This document shows, piece after piece, positions 42,480-55,336 of a stretch of 64,000 nt of DNA. The notes beneath the pieces were generated by a model that did no database searches, was not told the origin of the DNA, and saw only the letters and a list, made by a program, of their open reading frames with translations. Each line of letters begins with the position of its first letter. Positions within the stretch are counted from its first letter, which is position 1. This DNA comes from Eledone cirrhosa (Eukaryota): assembly GCA_964016885.1 (NCBI GenBank), contig OZ024749.1:7192001-7256000 (forward strand). Direction: 5' to 3'. A program made the translations under genes and the position numbers.

Positions 42480-43069
42480 AGTTCTTAAACACTCTTTGAT
42501 TGTTATTTATATATATATACACACATAAACATACAGATGGACGTTAAACGATGATGATGATACATATAGAATATAAATAAGAATGTTTTTCTATTATGTT
42601 ATAAGTTTTAGATAAACTTATAAAGTTTTCGATTGTTTTCTACTATATTCTTTCAAAAACATATATGTTTCTTTGTTATTTTTTATCATATACAATTATT
42701 ATTTACAAATCAACAACATTTTCTTTTCCTTTTGTTTTCTATATTTCATATTGTGTTGTTGGCTTCTGTATTTCAGCTTTACAATAACACAAGATGTTAT
42801 TTGTAAACTAACACTATCAGAAATATTCCTCTAATCTCACTGTGCAATGTGTAACGTTTTTGTTTTCTTATCAACCTCAACAACAACAACAACAACAAAA
42901 AACTTTCTTAATTCAACATAAGCTAAACAAAGATATACCAGATGGTAAAATCTTGTCAGTCTATTGTGTATAAGTGACAAAACTGTAAAAAGAAATTATA
43001 AGAAATTACAATAATTTTCCAGTGAGTTGAATCAGATACAAGTCAAGTCAGTGATAAGGGTTCTATATA

Positions 43070-44030
43070 TGATGATGATGATTATCAACATTTTTACATT
43101 GTTTCTTCCATGCTTTTATGGATTAGATGATTCCTTCCTTGGTTGTATTGAGTTCTCCCCTTGTCATCTCTATTGTGTTTCACACTATCCTACCACTGCT
43201 CAAGTGTCACTCAGGCTACCTTAACCACATATTCATCTCTTCTTGGTTCTTTTCATTATCCTGAGCTCAGCTCTCTCACTACCTCTGCTCAAGTCTCCCT
43301 CAGCCTATCAGCCTACCTTAACCTCAGCCTACTTCCACCTCTCTCATTTCGTCAACTGCTTTGTCAATTTTACCATCTTGAGATCACACCACCCAACCTC
43401 TGCTCAAGACTTTCTCAGCCAAGCTTCTACTTCTCTCCCTTCTTTGTCAACACTGAGATCACCTCCCCCACTCCCTCATACCTCAGCACCCTTCCACTTC
43501 ACTCCTCTCTGTCATCCTCCTGAGATTAAATGTCTCCACCTCTGCTCAACTCTTCTACATTACCACTACAATATGTTCCTCCACTTATCTTTCTCCTTTC
43601 TGTCCATATGTTTCTTGCCCTAACACTACCATATTATCCTTCCACTTCTAAATCTCACATGAGTTAAACAATTCCTCTCCTACCCACAGACTGTTTCCAC
43701 TCTGAACTCCTGGTATTTCTTTATCACTCAATGTTCAGCATTCAAACACATTCTACATCTGTACCAGTGTAATATTAAACATTCTCTTTTTTGCACACTA
43801 CATCCAGCTGTTCTTATACTTAGTTTTACTCTCAACACATCTGTGCTTCATTGCTCATGCAGACTAACATTACACACCCAATAAAGCTTGTTTCATTTTT
43901 ATCAAATCTTTGTGCATCTTCTACAGTCAATGCTCATGTCTCACTACCATGCAACATCACACTTCATACACTGACATCATACAATCTACTCTTCACTTGG
44001 AGAGAGAAATGTTTCAATTCCTGCACTGTT
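43070..44030 (-). pseudogene. Degenerate RTE 3' fragment
   Basis: 43700-44010 resembles the RTE C-terminal region (RLYDV...MLHGSET). Degenerate (GAT)n tail near 43070. Confidence 0.5.
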
Positions 44031-44057
44031 ATAAATAATTTCTACTCAGTAATATAT

Positions 44058-44534
44058 AACTGATAAGTTTCAGAAAGTCAGTTTCTACTTTTGGCACAAG
44101 GCCAGCGATTACCCCACTGCATCACTGGTACTTTATTTTATCGACCTCATAAGGATGAAAGGCAAAGTTAACCTCATCGGATTTGAACTCAGAACGCAAA
44201 GGGCCATAACTCTATGCTGCAAAGCATGGTGTCTGACGCTCTACTGATACTGCCAAACCACCGCCAGTACAATGCAGTAGACATATTTAAAGTACAAATG
44301 GTGACATGATATTTCAGGGTAATATCCCCTTTTCAAATGTAAACACAAAGACAATCATATATTTTGTTTTGAACCATCTACATTTTTACATTTGAAAAGA
44401 GGGTATTTGCCCTGAAATATTATGTTGAAATATACTGGGTAAAGACATTACTTTGTTTCATTTGTCATCCTTTACTCTTTACCACATTGTACCTCTTTCT
44501 ACCACATTGTACCAGCTTTCTGAAACTTATCAGT
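44058..44534. mobile_element. Inverted-repeat element with a nested SINE (44085-44265)
   Basis: Ends AACTGATAAGTTTCAGAAAG..AGTACAATG / CATTGTACCAGCTTTCTGAAACTTATCAGTT. Partial relative at about 2040-2250. Confidence 0.6.
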
Positions 44535-45405
44535 TTTTTTATTACACATTTCACAATGCTTCATATTAACTATATTACTTTAGCTAGTATACGTTCCTTT
44601 ATTTTCATTCTCTGTTCTTCTTCACAAGAGATTTCCCACCCTTTTGGTACCCACCCAGCTGAGCTCATCTCTGATTCTAAAGACACAAAACCTATTATTA
44701 AATATACATATTTAAATTAAAAACCTTCTATATAATTTGAAGTAAAAATCTTTTGTTAAGTTTTGTTCCAACTTCGTGAAAAGCTTATTTAATTTACAAA
44801 ATCCCTCTCAGTTTATTTTCATAATTTTTTTTAAATTAAAAGAGAAAGGTAGTTCCTTGGGCTTCTACCCCTAATTGAATCATAAGGGCACCATTGTGAC
44901 ATATAAGCTTGGAGTAAGCTGATTTCTTCGGGGGAGAGGGGCTAGAGAGAGAGATGGGTGAAGATAGGGATAGAGAGAGGGAGAAGGGATAGAGGGGGAG
45001 AAGGGCAAGAGGGATAGAGAGAAAGGGGGAAGCGATATAGAGGGGGCGAGAGAGAAGGATATAGAGAGGGAGAAAAGAGAGAGCGAGTAGGGTTAGAGGG
45101 GAAGAAGGTGGAAGAATCGAACCTAGTATTCAACTGGTACTTTATCAACTGTAAAAGGAACAGCAGCACAGCTGACCTCAGCCAGATTCCAACTCAGAGA
45201 GCAGAGATTCAGGACAAATGCCACAAACTAATGTAGCCAATGTTCTAGCAACTATGTCACTTCATCTACTAGAGATGTCTTGTACTCTCAGTCGCTTCAT
45301 GCCATAAAACCAGGATAAGCACCGCAGTTGAGGGCATGCATGCAACCAGCCATGTGGAAACACAATGCTCTTTAGAATGACATATACAAAATTTCCTCTT
45401 CTTCA

Positions 45406-45608
45406 CCCTTTAGCATTCAAGAAATGTCTCACCTCTTTCTGTTCAAATCGACTGTAACTGGCCACTCATACTGATGTTAAGGTATTGTTCTCAAGATAAA
45501 TAACATCAAAATCTCATAGATTCGATATTATGTGAGATAATTATGTGAGGTAAAGTGTTTACTACCAAAATACAATAGTAAATATAGAGTAATGTGAATG
45601 CTAAAGGG
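45406..45608. mobile_element. piggyBac-like MITE
   Basis: TIRs CCCTTTAGCATTCA...TGAATGCTAAAGGG flanked by TTCA/TTAA. Relatives at about 3886-4400, 48805-48870 and 53225-53450. Confidence 0.7.
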
Positions 45609-45894
45609 TTAAGTCTATCCAGAATACAGGAATATTCATTTGTATTGAAAGAAGATGGACAGATAGTTGAAATGTTAGAAACATAACATGCATATAAACC
45701 AAAGGGTTGCTGGTTTAAATACCATCAAAGGCTCTGAACTGTGACCTTAATAACTTTGATATGGAGCATTTTCTCTTCTCTCTTATTTCTTTACTAGTTT
45801 CAGTCATCTGTAACTATAGCCTATACTATCATTACTGCATTATGGAATAGATCTTCCTCCCACCACTATGTAGGTTGTTTGGAAAGTACAAATT

Positions 45895-46392
45895 ACCACA
45901 CTATAACATGGTCATGTAGGTGTCATGACAAAAGTGCCCAGGCACACTGTAAAGTGTTTGTGTAGGAGTCATGACAAAAAGCCCCCAGTCCACACTGTAA
46001 AGTGGTCATGTAGGTGTCATGACAAAAAGCACCCAGTCCACACTGTAAAGTGGTCATGTAGGTCTCATGACAAAAACGTCCAGTACAAACAGTAAAGTGG
46101 CCATGTAGGTGTCTTGACAAAAAGCACCCAGTCCACACTATAAAGTGGTCGTGTTGGCGACAATAAAAATTGCCCAGCCTACACTGTAAAGTGGTTGTGT
46201 AGGTGTCATGACAAAAAGTACCCAGCACACACTCTAAATGTGGTAGGCGTGAGGAAGGGCATCCAGCCGTAGAAACCAGACCAAAATCAGTTGTGTGTGA
46301 ACAAAACACGGTTCTCCGACTTAATCTCTCACAAAGGGACAGCCCATCCTAACCATGTGGAAAATGGATGTTAAACGATGATGATGATGATT
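45895..46392 (+). mobile_element. RTE/SINE 3' tail with about 7 tandem ~48-bp units
   Basis: Units GTGTCATGACAAAAAGCACCCAGTCCACACTGTAAAGTGGTCATGTAG, followed by GGAAGGGCATCCAGCCGTAGAAA and GGATGTTAAAC(GAT)n. Confidence 0.75.
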
Positions 46393-46399
46393 ATTGTCT

Positions 46400-47200
46400 C
46401 TGGGTGCCGAGAAGTGGCAAAGATTGACTGAATATATTATAACAAGATAGCAGTGTACCTGAACTGGAAAATATGCAAGGGTTACAACATCAAGATGACT
46501 GAGAAATGGGTCAGGAGCCATATATTGTCACAGACAATAATGATGTCACCAAATTTCTGGGACATGCCCATACATATGGATAGAGAGTGAAGGCACATGG
46601 CTTAGTGGTTAGAGCATTGGGCTTGCAATCGAAAGGTTGTGAGTTCAATTCTCGGACCGGGTAAGACACTTTATTTCACATTGCTGCAGTTTACTCAGCT
46701 GTAGAAATGAGATGATAGGACTGGGTTTCCTATCATTAAATCACCCAAGACACCTCCAACGAGATATACCTTGGAGGAGGCCACCTAAACCTGCATAGGT
46801 GTGAGCTGTCACATGCACACACACACACACACACATATGGATAGAGAAATACATGCCAACAAGTTTGTCTCTTTTACAAAGGACAAGGGGGGATAAGAAG
46901 TGTAGACTTATTGATGTAGCAATACTATCAGAAATAAACACCAGTGTGAAGGTCATATAGAAACTGACAAAGTATGGAATGGAAAACCTGAAGATCAAAA
47001 TCAACAGAATATGGAACACGAGAAATTAAGTACTTCCAATGGTCAACATCAGTGCAATAGAAAATAGGAATACAGGAATTGGAAAGTTCACCAAGTGTAG
47101 CCAAAGCAACATTGATATCTACACAATCCAGAAGATTCCAGTACTGGGAAGATGATACCACATACAACAGAGAGTACTGCCAATCAAATATCACATTTAC
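46400..47200 (+). pseudogene. R4/Dong-like LINE remnant (restriction-like endonuclease region), split by a SINE
   Basis: FWDMPIHMDRE|...KCRLIDVAI...DLKIKINRIW-type motifs. Confidence 0.55.
46587..46832 (+). mobile_element. SINE with the same tRNA/CORE-like head but a different (CA)n tail, with a 15-bp TSD
   Basis: TSD ACATATGGATAGAGA at 46572-46586 and 46833-46847. Inserted into an R4-like LINE remnant. Confidence 0.85.
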
Positions 47201-49664
47201 AATGCCACACCTCTGTAACTTGGACCTAATTCTAAAGATGCCATAAAGATGATGATAATGATGTTGGTGATGATGGTGGTGATGTTAATAATGATGATGG
47301 TAGTGATGATAATTTATTTTATCAACTATAAGGGGTGCAATGAGTTGGGGACAGTATGAGGGTGGAATGCAGGGGAGAACAACAAAAAACTCCGCATTTT
47401 TAGCAGAAGGATTTTGTAATTAGGAAAAAAATCTCAGCATTCAGTAATCAGAAGAGGGGAGTAGGCATAAAAGCCAAACTCACTATCTTCAATTTAGTTT
47501 CCATGCCAACCCTTACCTATGATCATGAATCATGGGTAATAACTGAAAGAGTATGATTACAAATACAAGTGACAGAAATGGGGTCTTTGGAGTTATGTTA
47601 CTCGATAGAATGCGTAGCTTGGAGATCAGAGAGTCACTCCATGTAGGGCCGCTACTTTTCCACATTGAGAGATCACAGCTCAGTTACTCTGGGTATTAAA
47701 TCTGGTACAACCAAGTATGCTTGAGAGAGGAAGATGATTCTCATCTTCTCTGATGGCTCATTATATATAGTACAGCCAACAAGACTTAAGAGAAAGAGGA
47801 AGGATTTGATCTGAGGTGGCTCCATAAATCTGGTACAAATAAATGGAATGGACCTATATTGGTTTTGATGTAGAGTATTCCAGTTGAGCAATTTCAGGAA
47901 CAGCTGGAACTTGAAATTAACATACAACTGACTAATCACTACACAGGCATGTGCACTCTTAACAAAATTCTCGGGGAGCTTCAGTTTGATAGTGTATGAC
48001 AAGGTTGGTTCTTTGAATTACATGTACAGCCCATCCAACAGATTTCAAAACATTTCTTGTCAACCTAATTTCACTCTCAAAGCTTGGGTCAACCTGAGGC
48101 CACAGTGAAGGACACTTTCCCAAGATGATATGCAGTGGCATTGAACTGAGGACCTAATGATAGCAAAGAGAACAGCTTAACCATTTGGCCAGCTGCACCC
48201 ACAACAAATAGCTACTGTTGTCATAATATACAAAAAGAGTTCTGTTCTATAATGGCTGACTTTGTTATGAGATTTGGTGAAAGACACAAACTAGATTGCT
48301 CCCAGAGTTGGTAGAGCATCAGATAAAATACCATTGTGGTATTTGTTCTGGTACTTTATATTCTGAGTTCAAATCCCACCAAGGGTGATTTTACCTTTCT
48401 TCCTTTTGTGATCAATAAAATAAAGTGCCAATCAACTTTGCCCTTCTCCCTAAATAAGAAATCAATTATTTCTGAGGAGTATATTGATGCCACCAACAAT
48501 AACCTTACTTTATGGATCCATTGGACTGACCAATGTTTGGTGTCCAATGAGGAATTTGTGGAATTTTACAACTTTCCATGCATAGAATAAACCTTCAAAA
48601 TTATCCAAAGGTTTTATAGATGTGTTCATAAGACTGAAATTTCATTTGTGCAACTGTATAGGATAAGCTTTGATGGAGTGAGCAAAATGCTAGGGAGAAT
48701 AGACATAGACTAAAAAAAAAAAAGAAATAGAGTGACCCCAAACATTTGGAAGAACTTCAGCCCAAGGCTTTATCTATCCATTGTCAAACACATTCTTAAA
48801 CTTTGAGTTTAGCATTTAAACTGGCCCTATTCGGCCAGAATTCTCTCACCTCTTTCTGTTCAAACCAGCTGTACAAAGATTCATTTGATATCCTCTATGA
48901 TGTTATAGGCAGTGAATTGGTAGAGTGATTAGAAGGTTGGATAGAGTGCTTTGTAGTATTCATTTCAGCTCTCTGCTTCTCTGAGTTCAAATCCCGCCAA
49001 GGTCAACTTTGCCTTTTATCCTTTCAAGGTCGATAAAAAAAGTACCAGTCTAGTACTGGGGTATATTCTTCCTCTTTCTGGAAGAAATCTGTTGTATTGA
49101 GGCCTGGAGAGGGAGGGACTCCACCAGGCTTACAAAATGCTCAAGAAATGTTGTATGTCGATATGATGCCCCTACAACTCTATCTGGAGTTATAGGACCA
49201 TACATACATGATGTTATTATGCAGAAGGCAGAGACATACCATTTCATCTTATAACTTATTTTACTATGGACGTAAAAAACCCTAGAGAAATTGAAAAACG
49301 GAAATTAAGGACAGCATATATCAATTGATGTCATGAAACCATACGTATGTATTTGGAGGCTATAGATACAATAATTACTTCTATAGACAATTGCTGTGAT
49401 CAGACAATATATAAGATATATTAAAAAACGGAGACATTTCTTCTAGAGGTGGTCAGTAAAGAGGGCACTTCATCAGAAACCAATTTTAATAAGGGAAAAT
49501 AAGTCGATGATGTTGGCATTAAATCTTTGAAAATTCAACTTCCAGCAATTGGAATGGATATGAGAAATATTTCTGTTTGGTGATTGGCTGATATTGTAGA
49601 CCATATGAATACTAATAATAATTGTTTCTACTATAGGCACAAGGCCAGCAATAACCCAAATAAT

Positions 49665-50300
49665 ATGCCAATACAATCAGTCAGAGAGATCAAAGCCAAC
49701 CGACCAGATATTATAGTCAAAGACCACAAAGAAAATATGCCTTCCATTAGATTTATCAATCCCCACAGATGACAATATATCTTCCAAGGGAATGGAGAAA
49801 CTACCCAAATATAAAGATTTAGAGATAGAAATAGCTTGAATGTTGAAAATGAAAACTGAAACAATACCTATAATAATAGGTGCTCTGGGAATGATAAAAA
49901 AAAACACACAGACAAATACATAACCAAAACACCAGGACTTACAAATATATACAACATACAAAAGATAGCACTACTAGGGACCGTGTATATATTATATAGA
50001 GTACCACAGGACTAACAAATATATACAGCATACAAAAGATAGCACTACTAGGTACCGTGTATATATTATATAGAGTACCACAGGACTAACAAATATATAC
50101 AGCATACAAAAGGTAGCACTACTAGGTACCGTGTATATATTATATAGAGTACCACAGGACTTACAAATATATACAACATAAAAAAGATAGCACTACTAGG
50201 TACCGTGTATATATTATATAGAGTACCACAGGACTAACAAATATATACAGCATACAAAAGATAGCACTACTAGGCACAGCACAGATATTACAAAAAGTAC
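49665..50300 (+). pseudogene. R4/Dong-like LINE C-terminal remnant
   Basis: EIKANRPDIIVKD...KYKDLEIEI...IPIIIGALG...IQKIALLGT. Confidence 0.75.
49930..50277 (+). repeat. 74-bp tandem repeat amplified from the R4-like LINE coding end
   Basis: About 4.5 units, each containing the QKIALLGT coding segment. Confidence 0.85.
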
Positions 50301-50419
50301 TATCAATACAATAGAAACGACACCAGTAAAAACTACACTGCACATACACAAGGCACACAGAGATGTGCTTGGTAAAACAGTAATGATGTGCAATAAAAAT
50401 GATAATGGAAATAATAACC

Positions 50420-50830
50420 CTGAGGGCATTATTAAAAATGATGATGCAAAGATCATATGGGACTTTGTGATACAGCGTGACCATGAATTGAACATAGGAG
50501 ACCAGAGATTGTATTAATTGAGAAGGAAAGCAAACAGAGTTGGATCATGGCTATAGTCTGTCCATCTGATAACAAGGTATGTGATAAAGAAGAAAAAAAG
50601 ATTGATAAATATGATAGGTTAGCTTCGGAGATTAGGCAGTTGTGGTCCCTGAAAAAGGTGGTGGTAATACCAATATTAGTTAGAGTCTTGGGAACAGTGA
50701 GTAAAGATCTTGAGAAGTACCTTAAACAAATAGGGATTGCAATATGGATGGAACACTTACAAAAAAAAAAACCAGCATTGCTTGGAACAGTTTGAATACC
50801 GCGGAGGATACTCAAAAGCTAGAGGTGTTA
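50420..50830 (+). pseudogene. Second R4/Dong-like LINE C-terminal remnant
   Basis: KIIWDFVIQRDHE...RRPEIV...EKKIDKYDRLASEIRQLW...VIPILV...ALLGT. Confidence 0.75.
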
Positions 50831-51485
50831 CCTCAGTTAACTGGTAGTGAACATCTAACACTGTAATACATCTCCAGTGTTAGAAGCTGAGATAAAGGGT
50901 GTTACCCCAGTTCAGTGGTAGTGAACAGCTAACACTGTAATACATCTCCAGTGTTAGAAGCTGAGATAAGGGGTGTTACCCCAGTTAACTGGTAGTGAAC
51001 ATCTAACACTGTAATACATCTCCAGTGTTAGAAGCTGGGATAAGGGGTGTTACTTCAGTTCTCTGGAAGTGAACATCTAACACTGTAATACATCTCCAGT
51101 GTTAGAAGCTGAGATAAGGGGTGTTACCTCAGTTAACTGGTAGTGAACAGCTGACACTGTAATACATCTCCAGTGTTAGAAGCTGAGATAAGGGGTGTTA
51201 CCTCAGTCCACTGGTAGTGAACAGCTAACACTGTAATACATCTCCAGTGTTAGAAGCTGAGATAAGGGGTGTTACCTCAGTCCACTGGTAGTGAACAGCT
51301 AACACTGTAATACATCTCCAGTGTTAGAAGCTGAGATAAGGGGTGTTACCTCAGTCCACTGGTAGTGAACATCTAACACTGTAATACATCTCCAGTGTTA
51401 GAAGCTGAGATAAGGGGTGTTACCTCAGTCCACTGGTAGAAAACAGGTAACACTGTAATACATCTCTAGTGTTAGAAGCTGAGTG
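50825..51485 (+). repeat. 74-bp tandem repeat (about 9 units) following the second R4-like remnant
   Basis: GTGTTACCTCAGTTAACTGGTAGTGAACATCTAACACTGTAATACATCTCCAGTGTTAGAAGCTGAGATAAGGG units. Confidence 0.9.
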
Positions 51486-51504
51486 AAGAAACAACAATAA
51501 TAAT

Positions 51505-52280
51505 AATTGTTTCTACTTTAGACACAAGGCCAGCAACTTTGAGGGAGGGGAAGTCGATTAAATAGATCTCAGTGCATTACTGGTACTTTATTTTACCGAC
51601 CCAGTAATGATGAAAGGCAAAGCTAACATCGGCGGGATTTGAACTCAGAACGTAAAGGGCTGCAACTATATGCCACAAAGCATAATGTCTGACGCTCTAC
51701 CGATTCTGCCAAACCACCAGCACCCTTGTTAATTAGGTAATGCAGTGGCAACAACACGCAATGAAACTAACACAAATATTGACGACGATGATGATAACGT
51801 CCATGAACGTAAAGGTACATAACTCTATGCTACAAAGAATGTTGTCCGACGCTCCACCGATACTGTCATCTACCGTATAATAATTGTTTCTGCTTTTGGC
51901 ACAAGGCCAGCAATTACCCCAGTGCATTACTGGTACTTTATTTTACCGACCCAGTAATGATGAAAGGCAAAGTTAACCTCGGCGGGATTTGAACTCAGAC
52001 CATAAAGGGCCGTAACTCTATGCTACAAGGCATGGTGTCTGACCCTCTACCGATACTGCCAAATCTAAATGACACCGTATAATAATTGTTTCTACTTTTG
52101 GCACAAGGCCAGCATTTATCCCAGGGTATTACTGGTACTTTATTTTATCAACCCCATAAGGATGAAAGGCAAACAAAATTAACCTCGGTGGGATTTGAAC
52201 TCAGACCATAAAGGACCGTAACTCTATGCTGCAAGGCATGGCGTCCGACTCTCTACCGATACTGCCAATCCACCGCCCTA
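51505..52280 (-). mobile_element. Head-to-tail cluster of a second tRNA-derived SINE (3 copies plus a fragment)
   Basis: Each copy has GAGTTCAAATCCC (B box)-GCCGAGGTTAACTTTGCCTTTCATCC-GGTCGATAAAATAAAGTACCAG-CTTGTGCC. Other copies at about 16915-17060, 26110-26440, 44085-44265, 48905-49060, 53500-53690, 53918-54015, 55876-55970 and 62260-62390. Confidence 0.8.
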
Positions 52281-52604
52281 TAATGACAACAAACGCCGTT
52301 AGCAAGCACCTAATATGAGAAAGTGTAAACATTGCAAACTGTTTTACTGGTAATTCCTGCAACATCTGCTATTTCTCCATCAAAACGACGAAGGGCATCT
52401 CTTTGGTAAAGAATGACACAAGGGTAATTAAATTCTTTGGGTTACACTTTCATATCTCAAACGATGAACAGACAAAATAAATCTAACACAACAAATTATC
52501 ACTAACGTCCACTCCTCATAAAAACACCACATTATATAAAGTACCAGTAATACACTGGAATAATTGCTGGCTTTGTGCCAAAAGTAGGAAAAATTATATA
52601 TATG

Positions 52605-52705
52605 TACAGTGTCCCCCCAAAAAATGTATACACTATTCTAATAAATATTGCCTGTACAGGTAATCAAAGTGTGTATACCATTTTTTTTTTGTGGGGGTAC
52701 TCTGT
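52605..52705. mobile_element. Tc1/mariner-type MITE (TA-flanked)
   Basis: TA-CAGTGTCCCCCCAAAAAATGTATAC...GTGTATACC..GGGGGTACTCTG-TA. Relatives at about 23450-23560 and 56445-56510. Confidence 0.6.
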
Positions 52706-52910
52706 ATGTATATAAGGATCGTCTAGTTTCTTGAAACCTTTGATAATAGAATAAATATATTATGTTGTTTATTATCTAATTAAATCGCTCTGTACTATAC
52801 ATTGAGCACTCTTCTTTCCTTTACGTTTCTACAGAAATACTTAACACACACATTTATATATATATCTTTAGAACTGTTGAACGAGGTTTGAATTTCAAGT
52901 TTTCCTGGTA

Positions 52911-53130
52911 ACTGGCGAATCTCGCGAGGGCGCTTGGTTGTTCCAGCACCTCAGCCACGCCATCACCCGAGGCAACGCTGCGAGTGTGCTGGCTTGCCTC
53001 AAAAATCACTAGAGAGGTTGCCCAGTACTCCTCGCGATGCTGCTGTCTTTTGCTCTGGTGTTGGCTCCGTTGTTCGCCCCTTCCATTACATTTTCTTTAA
53101 TATTGTAACATTAAAAGAATATATCTACTT
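52911..53130 (+). pseudogene. CRE-clade non-LTR retrotransposon 3' end
   Basis: TGESREGAWLFQHLSHAITRGNAASVLACLKNH* (52911-53012) matches the recalled CRE C-terminal LFQRLS.A..RGNAAS motif. Confidence 0.65.
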
Positions 53131-54899
53131 TCAACGTACATTTTGATTAAGAATGTAGTCTACTTTAGACAACTTATTCGACTATTTTTCATAGCTACAA
53201 ACGTATGTTGAAACTGTTGATTTTAAGGTTAGAGAATTGTGGCCGGTTATGGCAGGTTTGAACAGGTTAGAGAATTGTGGCCGGTTATGGCCGGTTTGAA
53301 CAGAAGCAGGTTAGAGAATTGTGGCCGGTTATGGCCGGTTTGAACAGAAGCAGGTTAGAGAATTGTGGCCGGTTATGGCCAGCTTGAACAGGTTAGAGAA
53401 TTGTGGCCGGTTATGGCCGGTTTCCAGTGTAAATGCTAAACTCAAGGGTAAATTACGGGTATATTGATAAATGTTTAAACAATTGTTTAAATACATTGGT
53501 TTAGCAGAATCGATAGTGTCCTACAAAAGTTCTACGACATTTGTTTACGGTTCTTTTACGTTTCGAGGTCAACTTTGACATTCGTCCTTTCGCCGTTGAT
53601 AAAATAAAGTACTTAGTAAAGTAAGAAAGTACTCGGGTCGATATATTCGACTGCGCCACCCAGGTCTGGTGGTCTTGTGCCCAATTTAAAATTATTTCAT
53701 ATAGTTCTGTTCGATATAAAAACACCTTTGATGTAGGTTAAACAACAATGTCAGAAATTGTCAACTTTATATTGTTAATAAACAATATCATAGACTTTCT
53801 ACAGAAGTCATATCATCTATGAATTGCAAGAATTAAAAAAAAAGGAATTCTATTCAATCGTATTCTACATTTTCGAAAATGCATCTTTGCAAAATTTCAT
53901 TTAAAAATAATAAAGGAGGTTAACTTTGCCTTTCATCCTTACGGGGTCGATAAAATAAAGTACCAGTAATACACTGGTGTAATTTACTGGCTTTGTGCCA
54001 AAAGTAGAAACAATTATTTCATAAAGGAAGAAATTACCAGAAATGTGTTGGTTTGGACACCAAAATATGGGTATTCCAACGTGGGCAGACCTCAAAGAGT
54101 CTACATGAAATAACTGAGGATGTCGAGTGTCATATGGGGCACCTGACACAAACAATGGACGACCGAGGATAGAGGAGGGTAGGGAGATAGGAGGGGGAAA
54201 GGGAGCGAGAGAGGAAGGTGGAGGGAGGAGAGAGGAAGGTGGAGGGAGGAGCGAGCGAGAGAGGAAGGTGGAGGGAGGAGAGAGCGAGAGGAAGGTGGAG
54301 GGAGGAGAGAGAGCGAGATAGGGGAGTGAGTGAGAGAGGAAGGGGGAGGAAGCGAGAGCGAGAGAGGAAGGGGAAGCGAGAGCGAGAGAGGAAGGGGTAG
54401 GGAGCGAGGGAGATAGGAGGGGGAAAGAGAGCGAGAGAGGAAATTGGAGGGGGGAGGGAGAGAAAGAGGAAGGGGGAGGAAGCGAGAGCGAGAGAGGGGG
54501 GAGGGAGCGAGAGCGAGAGAGGGGGGAGGGAGCGATAGCCATGACAGTTCATGCTACCAAGATGATAATGACGTTTAAGTATGCGATGAGGAACCAAATT
54601 CACACTCAGTGTCTCGCCTGCTTTTACACATTTAAACGCGTTCGTGCACGCATTATCAGGAACAGAGACACGCACACACTCTCCACACACAAACGCCAGC
54701 GTGCATGTAAACACACGCTCAAACACACATATTTTGTACATAAATTGTGATTTATAACATGACAATTGTATCTCAGAAATTGTTCAGAATTGTTCTAGAA
54801 AAAAAAAATCAACATTAACGTTATTGATAACTTTATGAAGACACATCGATGGGGCACTAAATAATAGTTATACGAGTTTAATATGAATAGTTTTATTAA

Positions 54900-54938
<39 letters not shown>

Positions 54939-55028
54939 CATCATCATCATTTTACGTCCGCTTTTCCCTGCTCGCAAGGGTGGGACGGGTCCTATTCAGC
55001 ACAGCATCTCTCCACTTCTTACGGTCCT

Positions 55029-55078
<50 letters not shown>

Positions 55079-55085
<7 letters not shown>

Positions 55086-55336
55086 TAAAATAACAGATTA
55101 AAGTTTAAGCAAAGAATCGCTGCTTTCACCCTTAACGGGATCTTCTGAAACTAAACGCGTTTACAGATTGACTTTGTTAGTTTCAGAAGATCCCGTTAAG
55201 GGTGAAAGCAGCGATTCTTTGCTTAAACTTTAATCTGTTATTTTAATAAATATTTGCTCTACGGTTCTTATATATTTGATATATATTTATCCTTATCGAG
55301 CCCTCTTTGGATTTTAGTCTTCAAATTTATTATTAT

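Larger units (their letters stand above)
41275..42510. mobile_element. About 1.2 kb fold-back element (Penelope-like inverted pLTR candidate)
   Basis: Inverted arms at about 41338-41897 and 41996-42509 with a roughly 100 nt spacer, TA-rich flanks, and a hammerhead motif in each arm. Confidence 0.65.

Noticed and set aside
49430-49485. CTGATGA...GAAA on the minus strand
   Set aside because: No convincing stem I or stem II pairing.
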